A stretch of DNA of 64,000 nucleotides from Octopus vulgaris (Eukaryota), in the NCBI GenBank assembly GCA_951406725.2, contig OX597815.1, forward strand, positions 142,042,001 to 142,106,000. Direction: 5' to 3'. Shown piece after piece: positions 52,814-64,000 of the stretch (position 1 is the first letter of the stretch; each line of letters begins with the position of its first letter). Below the pieces are notes generated by a model that saw only the letters and a list, made by a program, of their open reading frames with translations, searched no databases and was not told the DNA's origin. Both the position numbers and the translations under genes were made by a program.

Positions 52814-52928
52814 GAAGAAGAAGAAGAAGAAGAAGAAGAAGAAGAAGAAGAAGAAGAAGAAGAAGAAGAAGAAGAAGAAGAAGAAGAAGAAGAAGAAGAA
52901 GAAGAAGAAAAAGAAGAAGAAGAAGAAA
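52814..52928. repeat. (GAA)n microsatellite
   Basis: Directly visible. Confidence 0.97.
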
Positions 52929-55059
52929 AATTGTGGAACATTCTAATTAAACAGCAATGTAGTGTAAAGATAATAAGTTAGATATCGTTGTATATGTTAG
53001 GGAATAAAAATATACAATTTTTTAAAGATGTTTCCAAGGTTGATGAGAACGTGTCACGAAAATACGACAAATGAAAGCATGGAGTGCAAATAGGAAGAAA
53101 CTGAAATTCTTACAGACGTCATATGCAAGATTTATTCATTTGCACCCGATTTTGCTACATAGCAGCCTACTTGAAAGAAAGATGGTGTTCTTTAAATGTG
53201 AACGGAGCAAATGTATCAGATCCTTTTAATTTCAATCGATTAGAAGAGCAACAAACATTTTTGGTTGTACACTGCAGGGTCGAGGACTGAACGAATACGC
53301 GGAAATCCATGTGTAAATGTTATACGTCCTCTGACACATGAAAACAATGAAGTTGACGGAAAATTGTGTAAAATGAGTAGTCACTGCTTGCGTATAAGTT
53401 TATCTACTAGCAATTATCTACATATATTTACACACTAATCCATGGTTTTGAAAACCCAAGTACCGTCATACCGTTAAGAAACGAGCATTGTTACTTTATT
53501 AATTACTCATGTGAATATTGAAAAAGTGTAAAACACTGAAATCTCAAAAGAATATCTACGTTACACACGCACAAATACACACATTCACAAACACACACAC
53601 GCATATGTATGTATATAAGCATTTATCCTTTTGCATAACATATGAACACAAACATGGCAGACCTTACACAGAAAGCACATTACAAGCGATGTAAATAATT
53701 GAAACCTTTGTTCGGACTTCATAAAATCTGAGCAAACTCTAATCAGAAACATCCTAATATTATTATCTGATACACAACGCTTTCGGTGTTATTAACAATA
53801 TCAGGTATATTAACCGAACATTGCTAATTCCAATAACATGTGCAGAAGAAAATATTCCTCCACAGAGAGCTTTGTAACATGGCAAATTTCAACTGTTAAT
53901 ATATGAATTTCATAAATATAATGGAGAAAATCAGCGGACCGTACGTTTCATATAATCAAACATGAATTCAGTTCCAATGTCTGCGATGCGTGCATAATCA
54001 CCTGGAATTAACAATTATGTATGTTGATGACTGATTAATATCCTATACAGCGGGGTAAACACAATTGAACAAATAGTATGCTGGGTTTTCTGTTGTATCT
54101 TTTCACATTGTACGCCAACTGGTTGTTTTCTCTGTCAGTTATCCATCAGGAATCGATAGTATATATACTATTCAAATATATTTTAACCGACTCTAATCTA
54201 GATTTTAATCTTTAAATTTGTATAAGTTTTAGAAGTTTATTTTTCATATTAATGTTACAAAGAAACAACAAACGTTATTGTATGCATTTTATAAAGCCAA
54301 TTGTGGATACTTTCATAACGCAGTCTTTTATTATTTGCATGAGTTATCTGCTACGTTAAGTAAAAAGAATTCGGTAGTTTCTTTATTTCCATTTTCCCAG
54401 AATGTATCTAATTATTTTTACCTAAACGTTATTGCTGTCCAAGTACCAAATAAATTTTAACTGGCAATGTTAAAACTTGGTTGCGAGATATATACGGGCT
54501 AAGTTTGACATACAATACTCTTCATAATTGTAAATTTAGATATATTTGTATAAAGCAGAATATGTTTTTACAAAAATGCACCACCATCACTGGTGATATC
54601 TTTATGTATTTTCTAATCTCACTTTCGTTTGTTTTGAACATCTAGCCAAAAATTTTAGCTTGTTATTTTCATTGTCGACTGCCATTTATATATTTGTAAT
54701 AATTTTAAATAAACCGTCTTGTTCTCTGATGCAATTATAGGAAGCTTGTGTCTCCTCTTGGATCTGCGGATAATTTCCTGTAGTCATTCATATACTCGCA
54801 GACTATGAAAAATGTCATAGTGCTACACTTACTGCCTTCAAAACAAAACATGTTGGGGATCTTATTTTTTATTATATATAGGGTCACGTTACCCAAGACG
54901 GAAAGCAAATAATTCCGTTATTGATTTTGTTTGGCTATTACAATTTGTGTTCGTTTTTAATTTTTTTTACAAGAGACATGTGTCGTTATAGTTGCATATT
55001 GTCTATACTAGCTCCATATTTTGTCAGATCTCTGAAGCGTCGAGTTTGCATTTGTGCAG

Positions 55060-55060
55060 T

Positions 55061-55099
<39 letters not shown>

Positions 55100-55460
55100 G
55101 TCGTCGTCGTCGTTGTCGTCGTCGTCTTCGTAGTAGTAGTAGTAGTAGTAATAATAGTAGGAGTAGTAATAATAGTAGGAGTAGTAGTAGTAGTAGTAGT
55201 CATCATCATCATCATCATTATCATAATTATCATAATCATTATCATCATCATTGCATCATAGTTATCATTATCATCATCATCACCACCTCCACCACCATTA
55301 CCACCATCATCATCATCATCATAATCAATATTAGCATCACCACCACCCCCACTGTCATCGGCGTTGTCCTCAAACTTATCATCAACCTCTCCCTTTTTCT
55401 TTGTCCTTCTTCTCCTCCTTCCCTCCTTCATCATTTCCTTCTTCTCATCTTCTCCTCTTT
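55060..55460. repeat. compound trinucleotide low-complexity tract (CAT/CGT/TAG/CAC)
   Basis: Directly visible; gives homopolymeric ORFs in several frames. Confidence 0.9.
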
Positions 55461-56989
55461 CTTTTTTCACTTCGCTTCCTGTTCCACTACATTTGCTTTC
55501 CCATACTATAACTCTAGTAGTGATGTTCATATACTACTATGTTCTGATCAGTTTTCTTTCTCCTATTTTTTTCCTTTGTAATCATTTACTGCTTTTCAGT
55601 ATCCGCCATTGATCCACCTGGTTACAGATATAACGTTTTTCTTCTCAGTTCATATAACTGACCAATGTAGTGTATCTTACTTCATTGAGTAGCCTTATGA
55701 CTCACACTTTCCTTGATAAATACCGTATGAATACAAAACATTGCAACATTGCTAACAGTTTCCTACATCGAATATTCATTTCTGGTGATAATCTTATTTT
55801 GCAAGAATGCTACACAACTCTCAGTATTTCTATTACTCGAGTATTGATTCCTTTACAGCATTCATTCTATTCATGTTTTAAGTTCACTTTGACCATCCTC
55901 TTATATTCTTTTGCAATTTCACGTTACAGTTAATTTTTGCTTGCCCTATCAAACTTCAATACAAACAAATGTTTATTCTCTTGGTCTTTCTCCAGGGATC
56001 GTATTACCTTTTAGGAAAGAAGTGAGTCCAAACGACAAAACATTTTCTTTATTCTGCATTACAAGTAGGCACACTTATCATTGCCAAACTGTATTCAAAT
56101 GCATCTCTGGAGACTTCCTTTGAAAACTCCAGCCCTTTCATGAGTTTATAGGAAAGCTAGATACCATCTACCAGCATCAAGAACCTCTTCCACCATGTTG
56201 ATTGTCTGAAGAGTAATTTCTGTAAGTTTTGTCTTTCTTTTTATTGAAGTCTCTAGAATAATCGTATTAAAAAATAAATGGCTAACTGGTAATAGAAAAA
56301 TGGTGAGAAATATATATTTAAATGAAAATATATGCGCCTTGTTTTGAGGAATGAGATACATATTACCCTTACAGTACAGTTAACATTTATTAATTAATTA
56401 TTTAATAAATTAATTAATTTGTTAATTAGCTATGTTGTCAAGTATCATGCCTACTAAAATAATATTGTTATAATCATGCACAATAAATTATTGTACGCTT
56501 TCCTCCAGCTATACAGAATATTGTCTTTTAATTACATCAGTAAAAGCATTACATTTTTAGACGTTCTATTATTTCAGTGATATAACATTATATCTGTTCG
56601 CATTAAATCTCGTTTATTTGTTACATTTTTCATTTCTGCTTTTCTCTTACAAAAATAGTTCCACTACTAGTGATATTTCGTAAACACGTGTCACTTATCT
56701 CTAAAGCTTCTTTGTTCTCAATAAAATAGCTGTTCTTTTTCTTATGCTATCTATGATTATATAACCATTTAAGAAGGCATCATGGATATATGACATAGTC
56801 AAGAAAGAAAACCTGAAATATATACGAGTGCTTCATCCTGAGGAATTGCACAATCACGTTTACAATTCACTCTAAAAGTGTTGCTATTACTGTCCTTTTG
56901 ATTATGCTCAGGCATACTTTTTCATCGAACTCTTGGCAATTATTGTTAATTTTTATCGGGGCAGGAGTAGCTGTATGGGACAAAGCTTC

Positions 56990-57049
<60 letters not shown>

Positions 57050-57175
57050 TGTGCGTGTACCTGTGTTTGTCCCTCACCACCGCTGCAAAACAGCTACAGG
57101 ACGAATTACCTGCAACACTTTAAAATAACTAAAATTTACACACAAAAATTGCTGCTAGCAATGTAGAGTACTACA

Positions 57176-57250
57176 TGCATACATACATACATACATACAT
57201 ACATACATACATACATACATACATACATACATACATGATACATACATACA
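57176..57250. repeat. (CATA)n tract, the (TATG)n 3' tail of the adjacent minus-strand RTE
   Basis: Directly abuts the RTE 3' end. Confidence 0.85.
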
Positions 57251-59790
57251 TGATGGCTGCCCCCTTGTTATCGTGTATGGCCATTGCATGACGCTTAACC
57301 GTTAACGGTGCTGCGATCGAATGTGAATTTTTAGCCCAGCCAAAAATCTAAAATGTCTTATTCAGAATTCGCAGCTAAAAACCTTTACTGGCAATAGCCG
57401 GCTGTATTTGTAATTGGGCTTCATGTACGTTTGCATGTCGTTTAAGTCCTCCCACCGAATCACACTCCCTTTCACATGCCTGACAGATATAATTAGGATG
57501 GTGTGTAGCCTGAGGCAGGGTCTTGCACAGACACTGCATGTCAGCGTCATAGGAAGACCATTACAGTCTAGAAGTTCAACAACGATGCTCTTCCTCACAT
57601 TCCACCTTACTTTCTCAAGCGCAACTCGAGATTTCTCAAAAGTAGCTGTCCCCTCGTGCACAATCCTTCTCCACCTGCTGCGGTCCATAACTATGCCCTC
57701 TCATGTGTTAGGAGAGATGCTAGCATCTTTCAAGGAAGCCTTCAGCAAGGCTTTATACCTATGTTTTAGTTTATGTGGAGTTCATTCTCCTTTAGCTAAC
57801 TCACCCTAAATGATTTGTTTTGGCATCCTTGTATCTGTCATCCTTACCAGATGACCACACCATCTGAGCCTTTGCTTCAACATAAGAGCTTCTATTCACA
57901 TAGAATCTCACACCGAGAGATTTCCAATATCTCAAGAACACTGATGCTGTTTTCCCACTTAATGCCATAGATCCGTCTGAGATACATCTGATGTAAACGT
58001 TCCAGTTGTTTAAGATGGTGTCGATATTTGACACAGGTCTCGCAGGTGTAAAAAAGAGAAGAGAGCACGCACCCCTTGTACACTTCTACCTTTGTCTTTC
58101 TGCATATGTCTCGCCGACTCCAGAGGCTGTTTCTAGCCTTCCGAAAGCATTACTTGCTTTCCTACTTCTGTATGGAATGTTATTATCCAAATTGCTATAT
58201 CTATTAACAGTGCTTCCCAGGTAGAGAAACCGATCAGATATACCAAGTCGTTTACCATACACATAGATATTTGGTTCAATATGCTGCATATCAGGGGTAG
58301 GTTGACACATGACAGCAGTTTTTTTGAGACTGACTGTCAATCCTAAGGCAATGCAAGCATCAGAGAATGCATTCAAAATGTGTTGCATATCAATCTCTGT
58401 GTGCGCTACTAGATAAAAATCATCTGCATACAAATGGTCTCTAATGATAGAGGTAAATACCTTTGTTTCGCAGCATAGTACCAGGTATTAAATATGCTAC
58501 TCGAGGTCTGATAATGGATGTAAACCTCATATCTCCAATTTCTGAACGCAATACAGAAAACCATCGCAAAATATATGGCAAATAGTGCAGGTGCCAGAAT
58601 ATACCCCTGTTTCACTCCATTTTTATTGAGATAGGCTCCGTCATTTTACTCCTAACATTAACCCTACCCTTCATGTCTTCAGGAAAAGATCTAACCAAAG
58701 CAACGAACTTTTAAGGACCACCAAATTTCTAGAGGACTTTCCACAGTGCATTTCTATTAACTGTATCAAAGGATTTTGTCAGATTGAGAAAAACCTGATA
58801 TAAATCTAGTCCCTGTTCTACGCACGTTTCCTGGAGTCTCTAGCTGTAATAACATCAGCAGTGCTGCGTCCCACACGGAAGCCAGATTGACTTTCTAGAA
58901 GAACACAATCTGCAACGTAATTCAGCAGACGATCCAGAAGTACCCAGCATAGAAACGTTCCTACGACCATGATATTCCCCTATAGTTACCACAATCATTT
59001 ATGTTGCCCTTTCCCTTATATAAGACCACCATTCCTGTATCTCTCCAGTCCTCAGGTACAGATTCACCATCCCATATCCTGTCAAACAAGGAGTGAAGTT
59101 GCTGCAGAAGTTTCTCACCACCATGTTGTAACAACTACGCATGTATGCCATCCAAACCCGGAGACCTCGCATTATTCATCCTTGAGGAAGCCACTGCAAC
59201 GTCTTCCAACATTGGTGGTTCCGCGAGAGTCACCCTCACAGGTAATTCAGACATGAGATTAAAAATATTTTCACTAACTACAGACTACTGATTCAGAAAT
59301 TCATCAAAGTGTCCTCGTCACCTTTGCAGAATTCCTTGTGAAGCACGAAGAACTTGTTTACCGTCCTTGCTTCGAAGTGGTGTCATCAGAGAATTCGCTC
59401 CATAAACATCTCGCAAATGACCATACAACAGCTTTGTTTTATTGGAATTTGACGCCGCCTGTATCTCATCAGCCTTCATCCACCATGTGTCCCTCATCTG
59501 AGAGAGCCTCCGCCTCACGCGTGATTTCACATCCTTGAGTTCCCTATTCAACACATCTCGCTCCTGTCGCTTCGCTGAAAAATAGCGTGACAAAATACGT
59601 CTTTTATCAGCCAATCTATCATCCATATGTTCATCATTTTCTTTAAACCAATCTTGACGCTTTCATTGTATCAATCCCGGAACTTCCCTACCTATATCAT
59701 AAACTGACATTTTAACGGTCGGCCAATCCTCCCCAATATCTGCAGCATTCATTTCCTCTCGTAAAGTCCTCTCCACACTATTACACCGGG
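57250..59790 (-). mobile_element. RTE-clade LINE, about 2.5 kb, RT domain pseudogene
   Basis: QDWF, LESQSGFR.GR, FLNLTK.FDTVNR, GVKQGYILAPALF, MYADD, FLYLGS, DRSRWR and C-terminal C2H2 remnants; many frameshifts. Paralog of 3893-5030. Confidence 0.95.
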
Positions 59791-59950
59791 GTATATTTGT
59801 ATATGTATGTATGTACGTATGTATGTATGTATGTATGTATGTATGTATGTATGTATGTATGTATGTATGTATGTATGTATGTATGTGTGTATATGTACAG
59901 ATCTGTATGTTTTATTTTATGCATGTATTATCATGCATATTGTTGCATGT

Positions 59951-60340
59951 GTGGAGGCGCAATGGCCCCACGGTTAGGGCAGCGGATTCGCTGTCGTAGA
60001 ATCGCGGTTTCGTTTCCCAGACCGGGCGTCGTTGCGGGTGTTTATTGACCGAAAACACCTAAATAGCTCCACGAGGCTCCCGTAAGGGCTGGAGGCGAAC
60101 ACTTGTGTACTCTTTCACCACAACTTTCTGTCACAGTTTCTTCCTGTTTCTGTTGTACCTGCATTTCAAAAGGCCAGCCTTGTCACACTCTGTGTCACGC
60201 TAAATCTCCCCGAGGACTACGTTAAGGGTACCTGTGTTTGTAGAGTGCGCAGCCACTTGTACGATAATTTTACAAGCAGGCTGTTGGGTTATTCGGATCA
60301 ACTGGAACCTTCCTCGTTGTAAATGACAGAGTGCCACGAT
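59951..60340 (+). mobile_element. tRNA-derived SINE, full-length-like (~390 bp)
   Basis: GGAGGCGCAATGGCCCACGGTTAGGGCAGCGGA head, B box GGTTTCGTTTCC; same head as 7579. Confidence 0.85.
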
Positions 60341-60369
60341 AGCTGCGTGGCTAGACATGTTCATTTATA

Positions 60370-61200
60370 CTTAAATAGATACACTTCTCTAAATTTTTTA
60401 CAGATATTTACAGTTCCAGTGATGTTTTGGATCTGTAGTGTTTGAATCAGCTTTCTCTCTTGTAGTTTTGAGAAGCCTTATTTCTCAAGATTGGTATTTA
60501 GACAGTGTGTTACATATTCCAGTGCCCCAATAATTATAGGTAGATATCTGAAATTGCAATCTGGATAGAGTAAGTATAGATGTCTCGATATTTCAGAGTA
60601 GATATTCTCTTTTTCACTGATCTTCAGCTTTACGTTAACATCTGCTGGGTAGCCGATTTCGACAAATGTACGCAGCTCCTCTTCTCTATCTGAAATTGTT
60701 AGATCAGCTCTATTGTGTTTACATTTTATCGAATTTCCACCGCAACATTCCACCAGTACTCCTTTTTATTATGAGTGGCCATGACCTCCACCATACTATG
60801 CGTTCTAATTTATTTGTCCTCGCGTTTATCGTTTCGAAAGATCTCGTTATACAATGCCCTAGCTACAACATCATGTGTCATCGGTAGATAATACCGTGAT
60901 GACATTTTGAACAACTGCTTCGGTTTTATCTCCATCAAGTCTCTATCGATTGTCACATTTTGCTTCTTTCCCTGTATCTTTCCCCAACGTCTTGTGCCTC
61001 AGGCTTTTGCTTAATATTTCCTGTTCCTGGATTGCAAACTCACACCTTTCTAAGCCGGAGGTAGTAATCCAGTTGTTTGACCATGATAGATTTTTTGATG
61101 ATCAATGTTATTAGCATTTCGAACGTTCTACTAACATATCCATGCATGGTCTTCTGCTGATATATGCCCACCCTTTTATCTCATGACATGTTACGGTAGA
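60370..61200 (-). mobile_element. R4/Dong-like RLE retrotransposon 3' fragment
   Basis: FAIQEQEI, KHNRADL...EIGYPADVNV...EKENIY...YLPIIIGAL. Confidence 0.85.
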
Positions 61201-61235
61201 GTACGTATGTATGTATGTATGTATGTTTATGTCTA

Positions 61236-61430
61236 TGTCAGTTCACTTTCGAGTGCTACTGGTAACATGTAACCCAGTACAACATGTTGCATGATCGGGC
61301 TGTCGGCGACTAGACCGGCAACCCCACCAAGCTTAATTGGTGAGGAGGGTGTTCACTGGACACCCTGCAGTAGGAAAAACAACACCTGTCAAAGGCTGGA
61401 GGAACTCCTGAGAGTCAACAGCCATCCAAT
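61236..61430 (+). mobile_element. short structured non-autonomous retroelement candidate between (TATG)n tracts
   Basis: GC-rich ~195-bp island with several hairpins; ends CAGCCATC followed by CAA(TATG), like the RTE 3' end at 57252-57259. Confidence 0.4.
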
Positions 61431-61859
61431 ATGTATGTAATTATGTATTTACTGTATATCCCCACTTTTTCTCACTAATTTTATATATTGTAGAGTTTTA
61501 TAGTTTGCTCATGATATATATCATTTTAAGTATTCCATATCGTATATTTTACGTATATATTGTATATCAATATGTTTATATATCGTACGTTTTTTTTATC
61601 TATATTATCCAGCTTATGGCTGTACCTTGCGCACTGACATAGAAATAATCGGACTGAACACCCGATCGTGCGGTTAAACCATTGGGAGTGAAGGGCCCAT
61701 AGCCCTTGTTTTGTAGAAATTCCAATAAAGGAGCCTTGGATCTAGGTTGCAAACCGGTTCTTTCACTATTGACAAAAAATCTTGAAAAAATGAATAATGA
61801 CATACATACTTATGTACGTAGGTACGTACATACATAATGCATACATACATACATACTTA

Positions 61860-62765
61860 CATACATACAAACGCATGTACACACAGACAATCAAAAGTGA
61901 AGAATATAATGTTTGCAGCAGGCTCCTCAGGAAGCAATCTCTTCCTGAATACTTCCCATTGAACCCCAAATGAGCCGAACTAACATAGCATAAAGAAATC
62001 CTGGATATGAAACGTTATGCATATCGAAAAAAAAGTTATGAGTATGTGGCCTGAAGACTTTCAAAAGACATGAATAACAACATGAAGCGTATCCTTTCTT
62101 GGACGCATGATCACCACATCATATCGAATTTCGAAGGGTATGCATTTTAAATCCTAATGAGCAAGAAAGACATTGAAAGCGTTAGAGTTCCAAGATGAAC
62201 GAAAATTTAGATTGTCATATCCTGTGGACGGCATTACACATGTAATTAGCAGCTGCCAAAAATGTCATGAAAGTAGTACTTACCCATGAGATATGACGTT
62301 GTTAAATAGCGGTATGCAATACCATTCTCAAAGAAGACTGTCCTAGAATAACTATAGAGAACATACTTGTTGTTGAATACATACACAAACATCAACACAA
62401 GGAATATAAGTGGAACATCTCACTCAAAACATCTGTGAATTATAAACATATCAGACTGGATATTGTTGTTTAGGACAGAGCGGAAAAGTATGTGCCGTCA
62501 AAGAGATCAGCTGACCTGCTGACGTTAGTATTTTTTGAAAACCAATGAGAAAGAAGACAATTATGGACAACTGCTTGGGAAAGTACTTCTATATCCAGAT
62601 GGTATACCAATAATTATCGGTGCACTTAATTTTGTAAGTAAATGCTGATAATATGAAAGAGTTAGGGTTTTCAGAAAAATAAATCAGCCGATTGGCACAA
62701 TACTATTTCAATCTGTAAGTTGGACAATAGAAAAAGGGAAGACTTTTCTCCTGTTTAAAATGTGA
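61860..62765 (+). mobile_element. R4/Dong-like RLE retrotransposon 3' fragment
   Basis: Decayed HVISSC.KMS, R(H)DVV, YKHIRLDIVV*D, EIS.PADV, EKEDNYGQL, PIIIGAL. Same subfamily as 60370-61200, opposite strand. Confidence 0.8.
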
Positions 62766-62921
62766 CTTTGTTTTTGTTATCTACATTCCAACCGTGGAAC
62801 TCTGTATCTGTGTTATAAAGCATCTCCTTCTTCAGAAGTAGAATTTAAATAATTCAAAACAGAAGAAAACGTATATGCATACACACTTGCATGCTGGCAT
62901 ACATACATACATACGAATTTG

Positions 62922-63080
<159 letters not shown>

Positions 63081-64000
63081 ATTGGGACGTTTCCATATCA
63101 CCTTCCAGCTTCATTGATATCCTCTTAGTCGTGTATCAGTATGTGTCGACATTTCTTCTCCGCATTAATTATACTCTCATCTCAGCCTCCTCCCAGTCCA
63201 CTGCACAATAACGCAGTATATATAAGTGTTCACCGTGGAGAATAATTGTTTCTTCTTCGATGATGTGCAACTTTTTCTTATGAAGAAATGATAAGTGACT
63301 GTGTCAATGGTACTGCTTCATTATCTCTCTCGAAGCTGAGAAAGACTAAATGGGTGTAAAATGAGAAGCATAATGACATTTTGTATGCCAAGGAGTGTGA
63401 CTGGTGTACATATGTATTCTGCGTTTTTGCGGTTGCGTTTAGCAGTTATTATTGGAAACTACTGTTAGGTGATGATATAATTTAATAACCAGAACAGAGA
63501 CTACTTCAAAATTGTTTGATACGTAGTTACCTGCTATAAGCAAATATTTAATAGTTGGTTGAAACTATATATGGTTATATAAAGGCACTGAACATAAAAA
63601 GCACACAGTTTCGATAGTGTGGAATATATATTCTTACTGTCGGAGTGTTTCTGAACGTAAAGAATTATAAATTAAAAATGTGAGGCTTAAATTGAGGCGG
63701 ATGTTACGTGTAAAGAGGTAGTGTGCCTGGAAATTTGAAATGTATGGAGCGAGTGTTTTGCTAAGTTTTAGTGTTCTAATTCAAAAGCGTATGCTCGAAA
63801 CGTAAAATACTTTTTCTACTCCTGAGCGTTATACTAATACAGTTGTTTGTTTTGTACTCCACCTGTCTTCGTCTTTTGTTTTTTTCGTAAACTCTCCCTA
63901 TATATATATATATTATCATAGGTTACTTTCCAATTTAACTCTCTCGATGTGATATGGATTTGTTAAACAATATTAATGGTTACTTTTCTTTATATTTAAT

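Noticed and set aside
55054-55581. 175-aa His/Ser/Ile-rich ORF
   Set aside because: Compound trinucleotide repeats open in several frames on both strands; no evidence of coding.
55620-56380. Possible Tc1-like remnant (QHGGRGS, KSPEM...VW on the minus strand)
   Set aside because: Motifs are too decayed and no TIR pair was found.
63085-63420. Possible RTE-like remnant on the minus strand
   Set aside because: Only vague similarity; no motif could be read cleanly.

Overview
Very AT-rich, microsatellite-dense eukaryotic intergenic or intronic DNA. The repeat content resembles a coleoid cephalopod (Octopus-like); that is an inference. I found no intact host protein-coding gene, and most listed ORFs are (TA)n/(CA)n/(TATG)n artefacts. 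The window is a collection of decayed transposons: RTE LINEs (two with C-terminal C2H2 zinc fingers), four R4/Dong-like RLE retrotransposon 3' fragments, several Penelope-like (GIY-YIG) fragments, a Helitron Rep/Hel pseudogene, mariner, Tc1 (IR/DR) and DD37D-type transposons, a MULE-like end and many tRNA-derived SINEs. The most striking non-coding signals are: (i) two inverted-repeat cassettes (2429-3026 and a perfect 148-bp one at 34308-34612) whose arms each carry a type I hammerhead ribozyme motif with a long helix II insert containing AAUAAA 20-26 nt upstream of the cleavage site; (ii) further minimal or degenerate hammerheads; (iii) a pri-miRNA-like 32-bp hairpin at 46259-46332 in repeat-free DNA; (iv) a mariner derivative built from two inward-facing 5' ends. 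Everything was read by eye, so boundaries of decayed elements are approximate.
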